NCBI GenBank assembly: GCA_963707505.1
Contig: CAVPQB010000006.1
Coordinates: forward strand, 128,001-192,000
DNA from: an uncultured Gemmatimonadales bacterium
GTDB lineage: Bacteria > Gemmatimonadota > Gemmatimonadetes > Gemmatimonadales > Gemmatimonadaceae
Length of the DNA stretch: 64,000 nt
Reading direction: 5' to 3'
The notes under the pieces: generated by a model
Told to the model about the DNA's origin: nothing
Seen by the model: only the letters and a program-made list of their open reading frames with translations
Database searches by the model: none
Translations under genes and position numbers: made by a program
Shown: one piece after another, positions 8,741 through 17,766 of the stretch
Position numbering within the stretch: position 1 is the stretch's first letter
Layout: each line of letters opens with the position of its first letter

Positions 8741-9671
8741 TCAGGCATGACGGACAGCCCTTGCCCCCGACGCATGACGCGTGGGGTGCACATATCGCAC
8801 GTATTTCACCGTCTCGTCGTAAGCCGCCGCCGAGTTGAATGCGCGAACGAGGGCGCGTCGGACGGCGGAGTCGATGGGAGGATTGTCGAGCCAGTAGATG
8901 CGCGGATGTGCACTGACCGTGAATAGCGGCCAGGAGCGCTGTGACTTGTCGCGCAGGGAGATCGAAACCGATCCATCGGCGACGCCGCGAGCGTAAAGCG
9001 CGTAGCCCTTGCGATTCCAGCTGTGCGGAACCGAACGAACGACATTGGAATCTTCGGCAGCCGAATCGCGCGCCATGTCGGCGGGCGTCGCCGCGGCACC
9101 GGTCCGCAGATCGACTGCGGTATGTACGGTGTCGTGCATATTACCTGCCCGGCATCTCGTAGAATGTGCGGTGCTCCAGGAGCGCGTACGGGCCGCGCAC
9201 TTCCAGCACGTCGGTCTCGCCCGAGGCGGAGACGGCGGGGTCCTGCGGGGTGTCATCCTGAGGCCCGAGTGGAGTAGCATCGGGATACGCGCGAGCGTGA
9301 TGAGCCGCCATCGTCACGATTGCCGTGTCGTCGTACACGAGCGTCGAATCGTTCGACTGAAGGTCGCGCACGTAGACGCGCTCACCGGTGAACACAGCGT
9401 CGTCGAACGATCGGTCGACATCGGCTATGAACACCTCGTGAAAGCGCCCACCGAAGTGCGCGAGGGTCATCGGCACTGCCTTGACGTGAATTCCCGTCGC
9501 GCCGCTACGCACCCAGAACGCCGAATCGGCGGTTGCGACCAGAAATTCGGCGTCTGGCGGATCCGGCGCGTGCGCTGCACAGCCCAGGAATCCCGCTGCC
9601 AACACGAGCGCGAGAATGGGGAATACGGCCGATCCGGGCCGTAAGGAGCGAATGCGAGTGTGCCGTAACAT
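8741..9671 (-). CDS. Hypothetical lipoprotein, split by an apparent +1 indel at ~9149
   Basis: ORF 9141-9671 (lipobox FLG-C) continues as AGNMHDTVHTAVDLRTG in ORF 8741-9280 if one G of a GGG run is removed. Confidence 0.65.
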
Positions 9672-9755
9672 CGCGCTGAATATACTCTGAGCGCGCTCCA
9701 CGCCGTAGATTTCCCGAGCCGCTCCCCCTCCCTGTCTCGCGCCACATTGTACTGC

Positions 9756-10988
9756 ATGCGATTTCTTGCTCTTCTCCTGATTCCGACGCTTGCCTGCGAG
9801 CAGGCTGCGTCCAGGACGCCGGACTCTTCGGGTCACGCCGCAACGACATCGAAGACGACGACCGCTGCGATGGTCGCAGCGACGGGCGTCGACACGACGC
9901 CGCTCGCTCCGACGGGAACCGCGGAAGTAATATCACTGCAAAAAGAACCGCGTCCGATTCGCGCATTGTACATCAACAGGTTCGCGGCGCAGAGCAGCGC
10001 GAAGATGCGGCATCTGATCGCCATCGCGGATTCGACGGAGATCAACGCATTCGTCATCGATATCAAGGACGAGTTCGGACTCAACTGGCACTCATCCGAT
10101 CCATTGCTGCAACGCAACGAAGGGAAGATGAACAAGGTCGCGAATCTTCCTGCGCTCGTTGATACGCTTCGTGCGCACGGTATCCTTCCAATCGCGCGGA
10201 TGGTGGTCTTCAAGGATTCGGTTGCTGCTCGCAACAATCCGGAGCATGTGATTCGGAAGGCCGACGGCACGCCGTGGCGCGACAAGAAGGGAGTCACATG
10301 GGTGAATCCTTACTCGCGCGCGATATGGGATTACAACTTCCGTGTCGCCGATGAAGCGGTGAAGATGGGTTTCGGAGAGATACAGTTCGATTACGTACGG
10401 TTCCCGGAGCCGTACAAGTCGTTGCCCCCGCAGGTATTTCCCGAAGCCGCGGGACGCAGCAAGGCAGACGCGCTGAACGATCTTCTCAAGACCGCACAAG
10501 CGCGGTACAACAAGATGGGCGTGCGAATGACGGCCGACATATTCGGGCTCGTGACCACCGTGCGCGGTCCGCTCGAAGTGGGCCAGGACTGGGAGAAAAT
10601 ATCTCCGGTCGTGGATGTCGTACTACCGATGGTATATCCATCACTCTACCCGCACGGAGCGTTCGGAATTCGCCTCCCCAACGCCGAGCCGCACAAAACG
10701 ATCTTCATCGCTATCACGAGTGCGCGAATGCGCGATGCAAAGCTCGGTATCACTACTCCGGAACATGTACGGCCGTGGCTGCAGGCGTTCACACTTGGTG
10801 CGCCGCATTACGGAGCGGCGGAGATCGAGGCGCAGAAGCAGGCTGTGTATGACGCGGGCTACGACGGATGGGTACTCTGGAGTCCAGGATCCAAATACGA
10901 CGAATTTCTTCCTGCGCTCGCCAGGAAGTTCGAGTCGCACAAAAAGTCGCCGCCACTGCCACTCCCACCGCACACGCCACTTGACTAA
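9756..10988 (+). CDS. Putative glycoside hydrolase lipoprotein (DUF4015-like)
   Basis: Lipobox LA-C, IRALY, VIDIKD, IARMVVFKD, WVNPY, GFGEIQFDYVRFP, PMVYPS, RPWLQAF. Confidence 0.85.
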   Translation: MRFLALLLIPTLACEQAASRTPDSSGHAATTSKTTTAAMVAATGVDTTPLAPTGTAEVISLQKEPRPIRALYINRFAAQSSAKMRHLIAIADSTEINAFVIDIKDEFGLNWHSSDPLLQRNEGKMNKVANLPALVDTLRAHGILPIARMVVFKDSVAARNNPEHVIRKADGTPWRDKKGVTWVNPYSRAIWDYNFRVADEAVKMGFGEIQFDYVRFPEPYKSLPPQVFPEAAGRSKADALNDLLKTAQARYNKMGVRMTADIFGLVTTVRGPLEVGQDWEKISPVVDVVLPMVYPSLYPHGAFGIRLPNAEPHKTIFIAITSARMRDAKLGITTPEHVRPWLQAFTLGAPHYGAAEIEAQKQAVYDAGYDGWVLWSPGSKYDEFLPALARKFESHKKSPPLPLPPHTPLD

Positions 10989-11000
10989 GTTGCGGTCAGT

Positions 11001-11258
11001 ATGAGAACGGTTGTAACTATCGCTGGAATGCGCGGTGACCACTGCAAGCGCGCGCTCTTCACCGCGCTCACACCAATCGCGGGAATTCAATCCGCAGACG
11101 TTGCGTTGGGCCGCATCACCGTCGAACATGACGGGACGGTGACGGAGGAAGAATTGCGCGAAGCCATCTCAGTGACCGGCTACGTCATCGCCGACGTTGT
11201 CGAAGAGCGCCGCGTCCTGCCGGTAATTGACCCGTCGCTCGAAGCGCACCGGATCTAG
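11001..11258 (+). CDS. Heavy-metal-associated (HMA/CopZ-like) domain protein with a degenerate metal motif
   Basis: IAGMRGDHC in place of GMxCxxC, ELREAISVTGY C-terminal motif. Confidence 0.75.
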   Translation: MRTVVTIAGMRGDHCKRALFTALTPIAGIQSADVALGRITVEHDGTVTEEELREAISVTGYVIADVVEERRVLPVIDPSLEAHRI

Positions 11259-11983
11259 CGTTCGTTCGGAAACCGCTGCGAGGGCGGAACGCGCAGAAAG
11301 AAGTACATCCCTACCACCGCGATTATCGCAAACGAGAACCACTGAATCGCGTAGCTCTTGTGCGGGCCTTCATCCAGCGGTGGTGGCGGCACGCGCGGTG
11401 GTATGTTTCCGTTCGCTGCAGTGCTTCCCTCCAGCACGATCACGAACGGGTAAAGGGGATATGGCACGCGCGATTTGAGCGCGGTCAGATCCAGCCACCG
11501 GAACGAGTCCGGCCGTCCGGGCAAGACCGGAGATCCCGGAAGCGCCTTGAAGAGCGGGCGCGCATAGCCGGTGAAATTCACCGAATCACCCTCCTGCCAG
11601 CGCGATAGATCCACAGTCAGACCGTCCGGCGCGTAGACCCATCCTCTGTTCACGAGCACGGCTGTGTCGGTTCCGGCAATGCGGAGCGGCGTAACGATGT
11701 TGATACCTGGAGACCCGAGACGCGTGCGATCCGCGATCTTGATCTCGTGCGCGTAGTCGTACGCACCGTGTAGTGTTACGCGACGGTAATGCAGCGCTGC
11801 CGAATCGTGCGTCAATTGGCGAACGGGGACTGGCGGCTCGGCCAGGCGCGCGACAACCTCGGCGTTCTGTGCACGCCGTTGCGCCAGTCGCCGAAGCTGC
11901 CAGAAGCCGAGCGACATGGTGAGTATTACGAACGCGATGGCAAGCACCGATAGTACGTAGTCGCGAGCTGGGCGATGCATCAT
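11255..11983 (-). CDS. SURF1 family protein
   Basis: LGFWQLRR, LVNRGWV, H.SYAIQWF with two terminal TM helices. Confidence 0.95.
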   Translation of the reverse strand: MMHRPARDYVLSVLAIAFVILTMSLGFWQLRRLAQRRAQNAEVVARLAEPPVPVRQLTHDSAALHYRRVTLHGAYDYAHEIKIADRTRLGSPGINIVTPLRIAGTDTAVLVNRGWVYAPDGLTVDLSRWQEGDSVNFTGYARPLFKALPGSPVLPGRPDSFRWLDLTALKSRVPYPLYPFVIVLEGSTAANGNIPPRVPPPPLDEGPHKSYAIQWFSFAIIAVVGMYFFLRVPPSQRFPNER

Positions 11984-12050
11984 CTTCCGAAGGTAGTGGC
12001 GCGACGCGACGCCCGCACGGTGGGTCGATGCGGAACAGCATGAACGACCT

Positions 12051-12860
12051 TCACAGGAGGCGCATCTGCTCGCCCAGCATGTCCGGATCGATGGATTCCT
12101 GGCCCAGCATCTCCTGAAGATCGCGCGCTGAGCGTGGCGCGTGACCCGCGAAATAATTGCTCATGTATCCGTAAATGTCGGTGACGCTGTCAGGAACGAA
12201 TTCGATCGCATCGGCCCACCTTTTCAATTCGCGCGTGCGGTCCACCTGAATGCGTGAGTGATCGACGAGAAATCTGTTCGGGCCCATCCATCTGATATAG
12301 TGGAAGGCGGCCGTGGGTCGCGCCAGTAGCTCGATCATCCAGCGGCGCGGGATCCACGACCCATCCACGAGCGCGACAGCAACTCCGTAATCGCGCAGGA
12401 ATGCGAGTACGCCGGGAGTCATCCACCCACGCGTGCGAAATTCGATCGCGACACGAATGTCGCGCGGCAGACGCGGAACGAAGTCCACCAGCGCGGGGAG
12501 CTCTTCCGGTCCGAAGTCGGGGCCGAGCTGCACCAGGACAGCCCCGAGTTTCTCCCGTAGTTCGCGCGCGCGATCGAAGAAGAGATCGATGGTACCATCG
12601 ACGTCGCGCAGCCGCGCTTCGTGGGTTACCGTTTGCGGAAATTTGAGCGCGAAGATGAAATCCGCTGGCGTGCGGTCGTACCAGCCGCGCACCGTTGTCG
12701 ATGGCGGTACGGCGTAGAATGTCGAATCGACTTCGACAGTTGCGAACGCACGAGCGTAGGTCGGAAGAAAATCCGCCGACCGCGTTCCGTCTGGATAGAA
12801 CACACCGGCCCACGCCGAGTAGTTCCATCCCTGTGTTCCGATGTGGAGGGTCGCCGCCAT
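12051..12860 (-). CDS. DUF72 domain protein
   Basis: IGTQGWNY..W.G.FYP, TVEVDSTFY, FIFALKFPQ.VTH, AIEFR..GW. Confidence 0.92.
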   Translation of the reverse strand: MAATLHIGTQGWNYSAWAGVFYPDGTRSADFLPTYARAFATVEVDSTFYAVPPSTTVRGWYDRTPADFIFALKFPQTVTHEARLRDVDGTIDLFFDRARELREKLGAVLVQLGPDFGPEELPALVDFVPRLPRDIRVAIEFRTRGWMTPGVLAFLRDYGVAVALVDGSWIPRRWMIELLARPTAAFHYIRWMGPNRFLVDHSRIQVDRTRELKRWADAIEFVPDSVTDIYGYMSNYFAGHAPRSARDLQEMLGQESIDPDMLGEQMRLL

Positions 12861-12912
12861 ACATTGAATCGGTGCAATAATCGAATCGCTGTCAAGATGA
12901 ACACACGTCGTG

Positions 12913-12927
12913 TGGCATCCACCTTGC
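12913..12927 (+). promoter_or_regulatory. Putative sigma54 promoter
   Basis: TGGCATCcaccTTGC, GG-N10-GC, 66 nt upstream of ATG 12993. Confidence 0.65.
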
Positions 12928-12992
12928 CCCTCATGTCTGGATATCGGCGCCCGTTGTGGCGGCGGTCGGACGCCATTCCCATTGGAGGCAGT

Positions 12993-13574
12993 ATGGATAG
13001 CAGAAAAAACAACCCGGACAAGCGCAAATCAGTTCCGAACGAGCCGTCCCGAATCGCGGGTGACGAGGTCGGGGAAGCTGCTGGCGGCATCTCGGGCGTC
13101 GTGGTTGGCGCGGCGATCGGCTCCGTAGGAGGACCTGTTGGCACGCTCATTGGCGGAATTGCAGGTGCGGTCGGCGGATGGTGGGCTGGCCATGCAGTTG
13201 CCGAAGCTGCGCAGGAATACACGGTCGGCGACGATGCAGTTTATCGCAACCACTACGACAACTCGCCAAACCGGCTCGCAGATCGGGATTACGAATCCGT
13301 GAGTCCCGCCTACCGGTTGGGGCATCTTGCGGCGCGTAATCCGGACTATCGCGGCCGTCCGTTCAATGAAGTCGAAGACGAGCTGCGCCGCGGCTGGAAC
13401 GGTGGCGCGAGACAGACTTACGGCGAATGGGATGCCGTGCGAGGGTATGTCAACGACGCGTATGATCGTAGCGCGAGCGCCAGCGAACAGCAGCGTCTTC
13501 GTGACGAGGCGAACGACGCAGCAAACGAAGCCGACACGCGTCTGGAAGATTCAGGCGATATGAATATTTTCTAA
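12993..13574 (+). CDS. Glycine-zipper hypothetical protein with hydrophilic C-terminus
   Basis: GGAGG SD; GxxxG repeats (GAAIGSVGGPVGTLIGGIAGAVGGWWAG), then YRNHY..PAYRLG..EDELRRGW. Confidence 0.85.
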   Translation: MDSRKNNPDKRKSVPNEPSRIAGDEVGEAAGGISGVVVGAAIGSVGGPVGTLIGGIAGAVGGWWAGHAVAEAAQEYTVGDDAVYRNHYDNSPNRLADRDYESVSPAYRLGHLAARNPDYRGRPFNEVEDELRRGWNGGARQTYGEWDAVRGYVNDAYDRSASASEQQRLRDEANDAANEADTRLEDSGDMNIF

Positions 13575-13592
13575 AGCGTAACGCGCCCCGTA

Positions 13593-13651
13593 GAGAAAGT
13601 GGGGTCAGAGTCGGACTTCCGCGCGGAAGTCGACTCTGACCCCACTTTCTC
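13593..13651. repeat. 59-bp near-perfect palindrome (REP-like element or bidirectional terminator)
   Basis: gagaaagtggggtcagagtcg-g-acttccgcgcggaagt-cgactctgaccccactttctc, a single unpaired G, between convergent genes. Confidence 0.8.
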
Positions 13652-13653
13652 GT

Positions 13654-14010
13654 TCAGTCCTCTATCTCGCCGCCGCCCTCGGCCCATCCGCGGAATCCGC
13701 CCTTGAGCGACGTAACATGCCGATACCCCATCTGCTGCAGCGTATCAGCGGCGAGCGCAGAGCGTGATCCGCCGGCACAGTACACGACAATCTCCTTGTC
13801 GCGGTCGAGAACGCCTTCGATCTTCCCCTCGAGCTGACCGCGTGGTACGTGAATCGCGCCGGGCACGTGCCCCAGATTCCATTCGTTCGGCTCGCGCACA
13901 TCCAGAAAGACAGTGCCTGGCTTCCGCTTCTCCATGATCGCATTCGCCGCATCGATTTCCTTTACTCGCGCCTTTGCTTCTGCAACGAGATCGCTTCCGC
14001 TTTTCGTCAT
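13654..14010 (-). CDS. Rhodanese-like domain protein
   Basis: FLDVREPNEW..GHVPGA, active-site loop YCAGGSRS, LKGGFRGW; ATGA overlap with the upstream gene. Confidence 0.95.
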   Translation of the reverse strand: MTKSGSDLVAEAKARVKEIDAANAIMEKRKPGTVFLDVREPNEWNLGHVPGAIHVPRGQLEGKIEGVLDRDKEIVVYCAGGSRSALAADTLQQMGYRHVTSLKGGFRGWAEGGGEIED

Positions 14011-14933
14011 GACTGTTCCACGCTGAGGGTTTGTGAATCTGTGTCGAGCGTCGCGATTGCACCGAGCGGAATCGTCCACTGATCGTCGACGTGTCCCATC
14101 GGTATTCCAGCGATGCACGGAATGTTCAAAGTGCTTGCAAATTCCGCGAGCACGTCGTCGAGCGTACGTGACTGGCGCGTGTCACCGGGTGATTCGTCTG
14201 CATCGCAGGATGTGCAGTATCCAAATGCGATTCCAGTAAGTCCGGATAGCTCGCCCGCGAGCGAAAGCTGCGTGAGCATGCGATCGATACGGTACAGCCC
14301 CTCGTTGGTGTCTTCAATTACCAGAATCGCACCGTCGAGATCCGGAAAATATGGCGTACCGGCGAGAGAAGATATCAGCGAAAGGTTTCCGCCCGCGAGT
14401 CTTCCGCGTGCGCGGCCGGCGCGAACCACGCGCGCGCCGGCCGCGGCACCGCACGGATCGACACCCAGAACCAGTGCGCGCTCGAACGACGTACGCGCAA
14501 ATGGCGTGAGCTGAGTACGCGCGTTGGGAGAATGATAAGTAATGATCTCGCACGCGCGACCCAGTGCCGCGTGCAGTCCGGAGATGTCGGAGTATCCCAT
14601 GACCGGCTTGGGATGCCTGCGCGCCGCGTCATAGTCGAGATGCTCCAGTATGCGCATCACACCGTAACCACCGCGCAGACACCAGATTGCATCAACAGAA
14701 TCGTCACGCAACGCAGCGTTCATGTCTGCGATACGGTCTGCGTCTGTCGCCGCAAAATAGCTGTAGCGCGCAAGCACATGCTCACCAACTGTCGTTTCCC
14801 AGCCGAACGAGCGAGCCGTCGCGAGCGCTGTCTCTACGTCGCCACGATCCTTCAAGGGCCCAGATGGTGCAACCAGCGCTACTCTGGCGCCCGCGCCTGT
14901 CGTTTGAACGTGTGAAAAGCCTCGAATTGGCAT
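14007..14933 (-). CDS. ldcA: LD-carboxypeptidase (peptidase S66)
   Basis: VAPSG, RGGYG, GYSD (Ser), GGNLS, IEDTNE (Glu), GH (His). Confidence 0.92.
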   Translation of the reverse strand: MPIRGFSHVQTTGAGARVALVAPSGPLKDRGDVETALATARSFGWETTVGEHVLARYSYFAATDADRIADMNAALRDDSVDAIWCLRGGYGVMRILEHLDYDAARRHPKPVMGYSDISGLHAALGRACEIITYHSPNARTQLTPFARTSFERALVLGVDPCGAAAGARVVRAGRARGRLAGGNLSLISSLAGTPYFPDLDGAILVIEDTNEGLYRIDRMLTQLSLAGELSGLTGIAFGYCTSCDADESPGDTRQSRTLDDVLAEFASTLNIPCIAGIPMGHVDDQWTIPLGAIATLDTDSQTLSVEQS

Positions 14934-14983
14934 GTGAATTCTGGAATGCGAGATGGCGAACGCCCGACGTTACAACACTAATC

Positions 14984-14998
14984 TGGCACATGCGTTGC
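14984..14998 (+). promoter_or_regulatory. Putative sigma54 promoter
   Basis: TGGCAC-atgcg-TTGC, consensus match, 53 nt upstream of ATG 15051. Confidence 0.75.
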
Positions 14999-15050
14999 CA
15001 GCTTTCACATAAACGGGAAAACAACTTCTCGCCATCACGGAGGAATTCTT

Positions 15051-15509
15051 ATGGCCGGCAGAGATAGGCATGATAATGATTCGAACGACCCGAACAACAG
15101 TTCTCGCAAATCAAAATCAAAGACCAGCTCGAATGGTGGGATGAACGCCTCGACTGGCTCGACGCAGGACAGGCAGCCAAGTATGGGCGGCTCCCAAGGC
15201 ACCATGGATGAAGCTCGCGACCGGGACCGCGACCAGGCCCGGACCAGCCGGGGAAACGCATCGTCGAGTAGCTCTCGTGAGGAGGGCGGGTACGGCGCCG
15301 ATTCCGGGTATAGCGACGCATCACGTCGCTCTGGCAGCCAGAGCTCGAGCGATGAGAACGCTCGGCGGGCGAGTGGTACTTCGAGCAGTCCCCCAAATGA
15401 TACATCGGGCAAGCGGTCGTCGAGTGACAGGAATTCTTCAAGCTCGCGCGAGTCCGGAAGTGACGCATCACGTCGCGGTCAGGGTGGCTCCGGCAGCGGA
15501 CGGACCTGA
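15051..15509 (+). CDS. Ser/Arg/Gly/Asp-rich intrinsically disordered (hydrophilin-like) protein
   Basis: Strong GGAGG SD, 152 aa with no Leu/Ile/Val/Phe/Trp, downstream hairpin. Confidence 0.75.
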   Translation: MAGRDRHDNDSNDPNNSSRKSKSKTSSNGGMNASTGSTQDRQPSMGGSQGTMDEARDRDRDQARTSRGNASSSSSREEGGYGADSGYSDASRRSGSQSSSDENARRASGTSSSPPNDTSGKRSSSDRNSSSSRESGSDASRRGQGGSGSGRT

Positions 15510-15528
15510 TTGTCCTGACGTCGAAATC

Positions 15529-15564
15529 CACGAGAGGCGCGCCAACACCGGCGCGCCTCTCGTG
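15529..15564 (+). terminator. Hairpin terminator
   Basis: cacgagaggcgcgcc-aacacc-ggcgcgcctctcgtg, 15-bp perfect stem, weak U tail. Confidence 0.65.
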
Positions 15565-15597
15565 CGTTCGGGACCGGTATGCCGATAGCTTTCGCGC

Positions 15598-16782
15598 ATG
15601 CCGGCAATGAACCATTCCGTGGCGGCCACCATCGCCGCCACAATTCCGTGGATCCTCACGCCGATAATCGCGTCGCTGCGCATGGCGCGCTCCACATCCC
15701 TCGACGCCGAATCGCCGCAGCCACCGGCCGATCCGCCGCGTGTTACGGTAACAGTTCCCGCACGCAATGAGTCCCGAAACATCGCTGCATGTCTCCAGTC
15801 TATCCTCGCCTCGTCATATCCACATCTGGAAGTGATCGCAGTCAACGATCACTCGAGCGACGACACTGCGGTAATCGCCCGTGCCGTCGCGTCCGCCGAT
15901 CCACGTCTCACTGTTCTGGATAACCCGGATCTGCCGGCTGACTGGTTCGGGAAGCAATGGGCCTGCCAGACTGGCGCCAACGCGGCGTCAGGCGACATAC
16001 TCGTGTTCATGGACGCTGACGCGCGCGCCGCGCCGGACCTCGTCGTGCGATCCGTGAACGGCATGCTCCGCACGCAAGCGGATTTCTATTCCGTGCTGGG
16101 GCGCCAGGAGATGATCACCTTCTGGGAGCGTCTGCTGCAGATGCAGGTCTTCACCGTTCTGGTAACGCGGTTCGGCGGCACCGAAATTGTTAACCGGTCC
16201 AGGAAAGCATCCGCGAAGATCGCGAACGGCCAGTATCTCATGGTGCGCCGCGCAACCTACGACGAATTTGGCGGACATGGACTCGTGCGCGGATACGTCG
16301 CCGAGGACCTGATGCTCGCCCAGCGCTACTTCGAGCTTGGGAAAAAGACGGTGCTGGTCGAGGGTATCGATCAGCTATCGACGCGCATGTACACATCGCT
16401 CGCGGAGCTGATGGCCGGTTGGCGCAAGAATCTCTTTGCTGGTGGCCGGCATTCCATGCCGTTCGGGGGCCGCGCTGCCTGGCTCGCTCCGCTGTTGTTA
16501 CCACTCCCCTTCCTGATGCAGCTGGCGCCACCTCTGCTACTTCTCATCGCGGTCCTGTTCCAAATTCCCGCGCTCGAGCTGTGGGGAGCGATTACGACGG
16601 GTGTCACGCTGCTGACATGGCTCGTCTACTATCGCCTCGCCCGCGTACCCGTGCTGTACGCGTTGCTCTTTCCGCTCGGCGCGGCGGTCACTCTTTACAT
16701 CACACTCTCTGCGGTATTACGTGGCAGTCGCGTCGAATGGAAGGGACGCGAGTATCAGAGCGTACATCCTGCGAGCTCCTGA
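15598..16782 (+). CDS. Glycosyltransferase family 2, membrane-anchored (CrtQ/HpnB-like)
   Basis: VPARNE, DHSSD.T, WFGKQWAC, FMDAD, NGQY, AEDL, RMY, C-terminal TMs and WKGREY. Confidence 0.88.
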   Translation: MPAMNHSVAATIAATIPWILTPIIASLRMARSTSLDAESPQPPADPPRVTVTVPARNESRNIAACLQSILASSYPHLEVIAVNDHSSDDTAVIARAVASADPRLTVLDNPDLPADWFGKQWACQTGANAASGDILVFMDADARAAPDLVVRSVNGMLRTQADFYSVLGRQEMITFWERLLQMQVFTVLVTRFGGTEIVNRSRKASAKIANGQYLMVRRATYDEFGGHGLVRGYVAEDLMLAQRYFELGKKTVLVEGIDQLSTRMYTSLAELMAGWRKNLFAGGRHSMPFGGRAAWLAPLLLPLPFLMQLAPPLLLLIAVLFQIPALELWGAITTGVTLLTWLVYYRLARVPVLYALLFPLGAAVTLYITLSAVLRGSRVEWKGREYQSVHPASS

Positions 16783-16795
16783 TCACACGTCGGAG

Positions 16796-17176
16796 CTACT
16801 TGCCGCGCTGACCACCCTTCGCCGAGGTCGCCTGCGGCTTGGGACGAGGAGCCGAAACGTTGACTGTCCGCGACTTGGACGGCGGAACTGTGTTCGGAAT
16901 CCCTCCCGACTTTGGACGCGATGGCTTGCGTGAGAAATCCGGAATCTCGCGCGTCGATTTCTTTTTCATAAAGCCTCCAGAGTGTGATGGCTCGGGTTCC
17001 GGAGACCGGACGCCGAACATCTCCGCCTTTTCCCGAAACGTAAACGTCGTGCCACACTGGGTGCAGACGTAGTTTCCCGTGCGCTTCCCCAGATCGTATT
17101 CCTTCGCGAGCGCAGGGTGCTCACAGGGTCTGTCACCCCATTCCTGTTTGATCGCCGCAGCCCGCTTTTTCTGCAT
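16796..17176 (-). CDS. Small Cys/His zinc-finger-like protein in frame with a Lys/Pro-rich peptide (possibly two genes)
   Basis: CEH...YVCTQCG; internal GGAGG SD before ATG 16969 (MKKKSTREIPDFSRK). Confidence 0.6.
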   Translation of the reverse strand: MQKKRAAAIKQEWGDRPCEHPALAKEYDLGKRTGNYVCTQCGTTFTFREKAEMFGVRSPEPEPSHSGGFMKKKSTREIPDFSRKPSRPKSGGIPNTVPPSKSRTVNVSAPRPKPQATSAKGGQRGK

Positions 17177-17203
17177 GAATGTAAAATAAGCAGCGACGGC
17201 CCT

Positions 17204-17758
17204 TTAGCTGGTCCCTTCACTCTCCGGGCGAGGAATCGGTCGTCGCATCCTGGCGAACGGAATCGCGACACCAGCCACATGAACGGCATCGCGCTCCACC
17301 ACCGAAAACCCGAGCGCCGAGTAGAGCGGCTCGCCAGGGCTGGTCGCGATCAGCTCGAAGCTGCGAAACCCCGCCATCCATGCGGCACGCGCACACTCCG
17401 CGTACAGTTGCCGCGCGAGTCCACGACGCGCCCAGCGTGGATGCACGAAAAACGCGCGTATACGAGCAGCGTCCACTGTTGGATCGAGCCTGGGATCTTC
17501 AGTTCCTTTCATCCGATCGCCACCGTACAGCGTGCGTCGCGCGCTCCAGCCGCCGGCTGCAACCAGTTCATGGTCCTCTTCGATCAGATAGTACGTGCCG
17601 TCCGCGATCACCTGGCTGTCGACGCCAAATATGTGCGTGACAGCAGCCTCGATCTGCTCCGGTGTGTAGAAGCCGACACTGAGCTCGCGCGCCGAAGATT
17701 CGATGAGCGAGCCGAGCGCGGCGATGTCGGCAGGAGTAGCGGAACGAAGAATGCTCAC
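17204..17758 (-). CDS. GNAT family N-acetyltransferase
   Basis: AAGGWS.R.TLYGGD, ARIRAFFVHP.WARRGLA, ELIAT.PGEPLY..LGF. Confidence 0.92.
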   Translation of the reverse strand: MSILRSATPADIAALGSLIESSARELSVGFYTPEQIEAAVTHIFGVDSQVIADGTYYLIEEDHELVAAGGWSARRTLYGGDRMKGTEDPRLDPTVDAARIRAFFVHPRWARRGLARQLYAECARAAWMAGFRSFELIATSPGEPLYSALGFSVVERDAVHVAGVAIPFARMRRPIPRPESEGTS

Positions 17759-17766
17759 GCGCGCGC

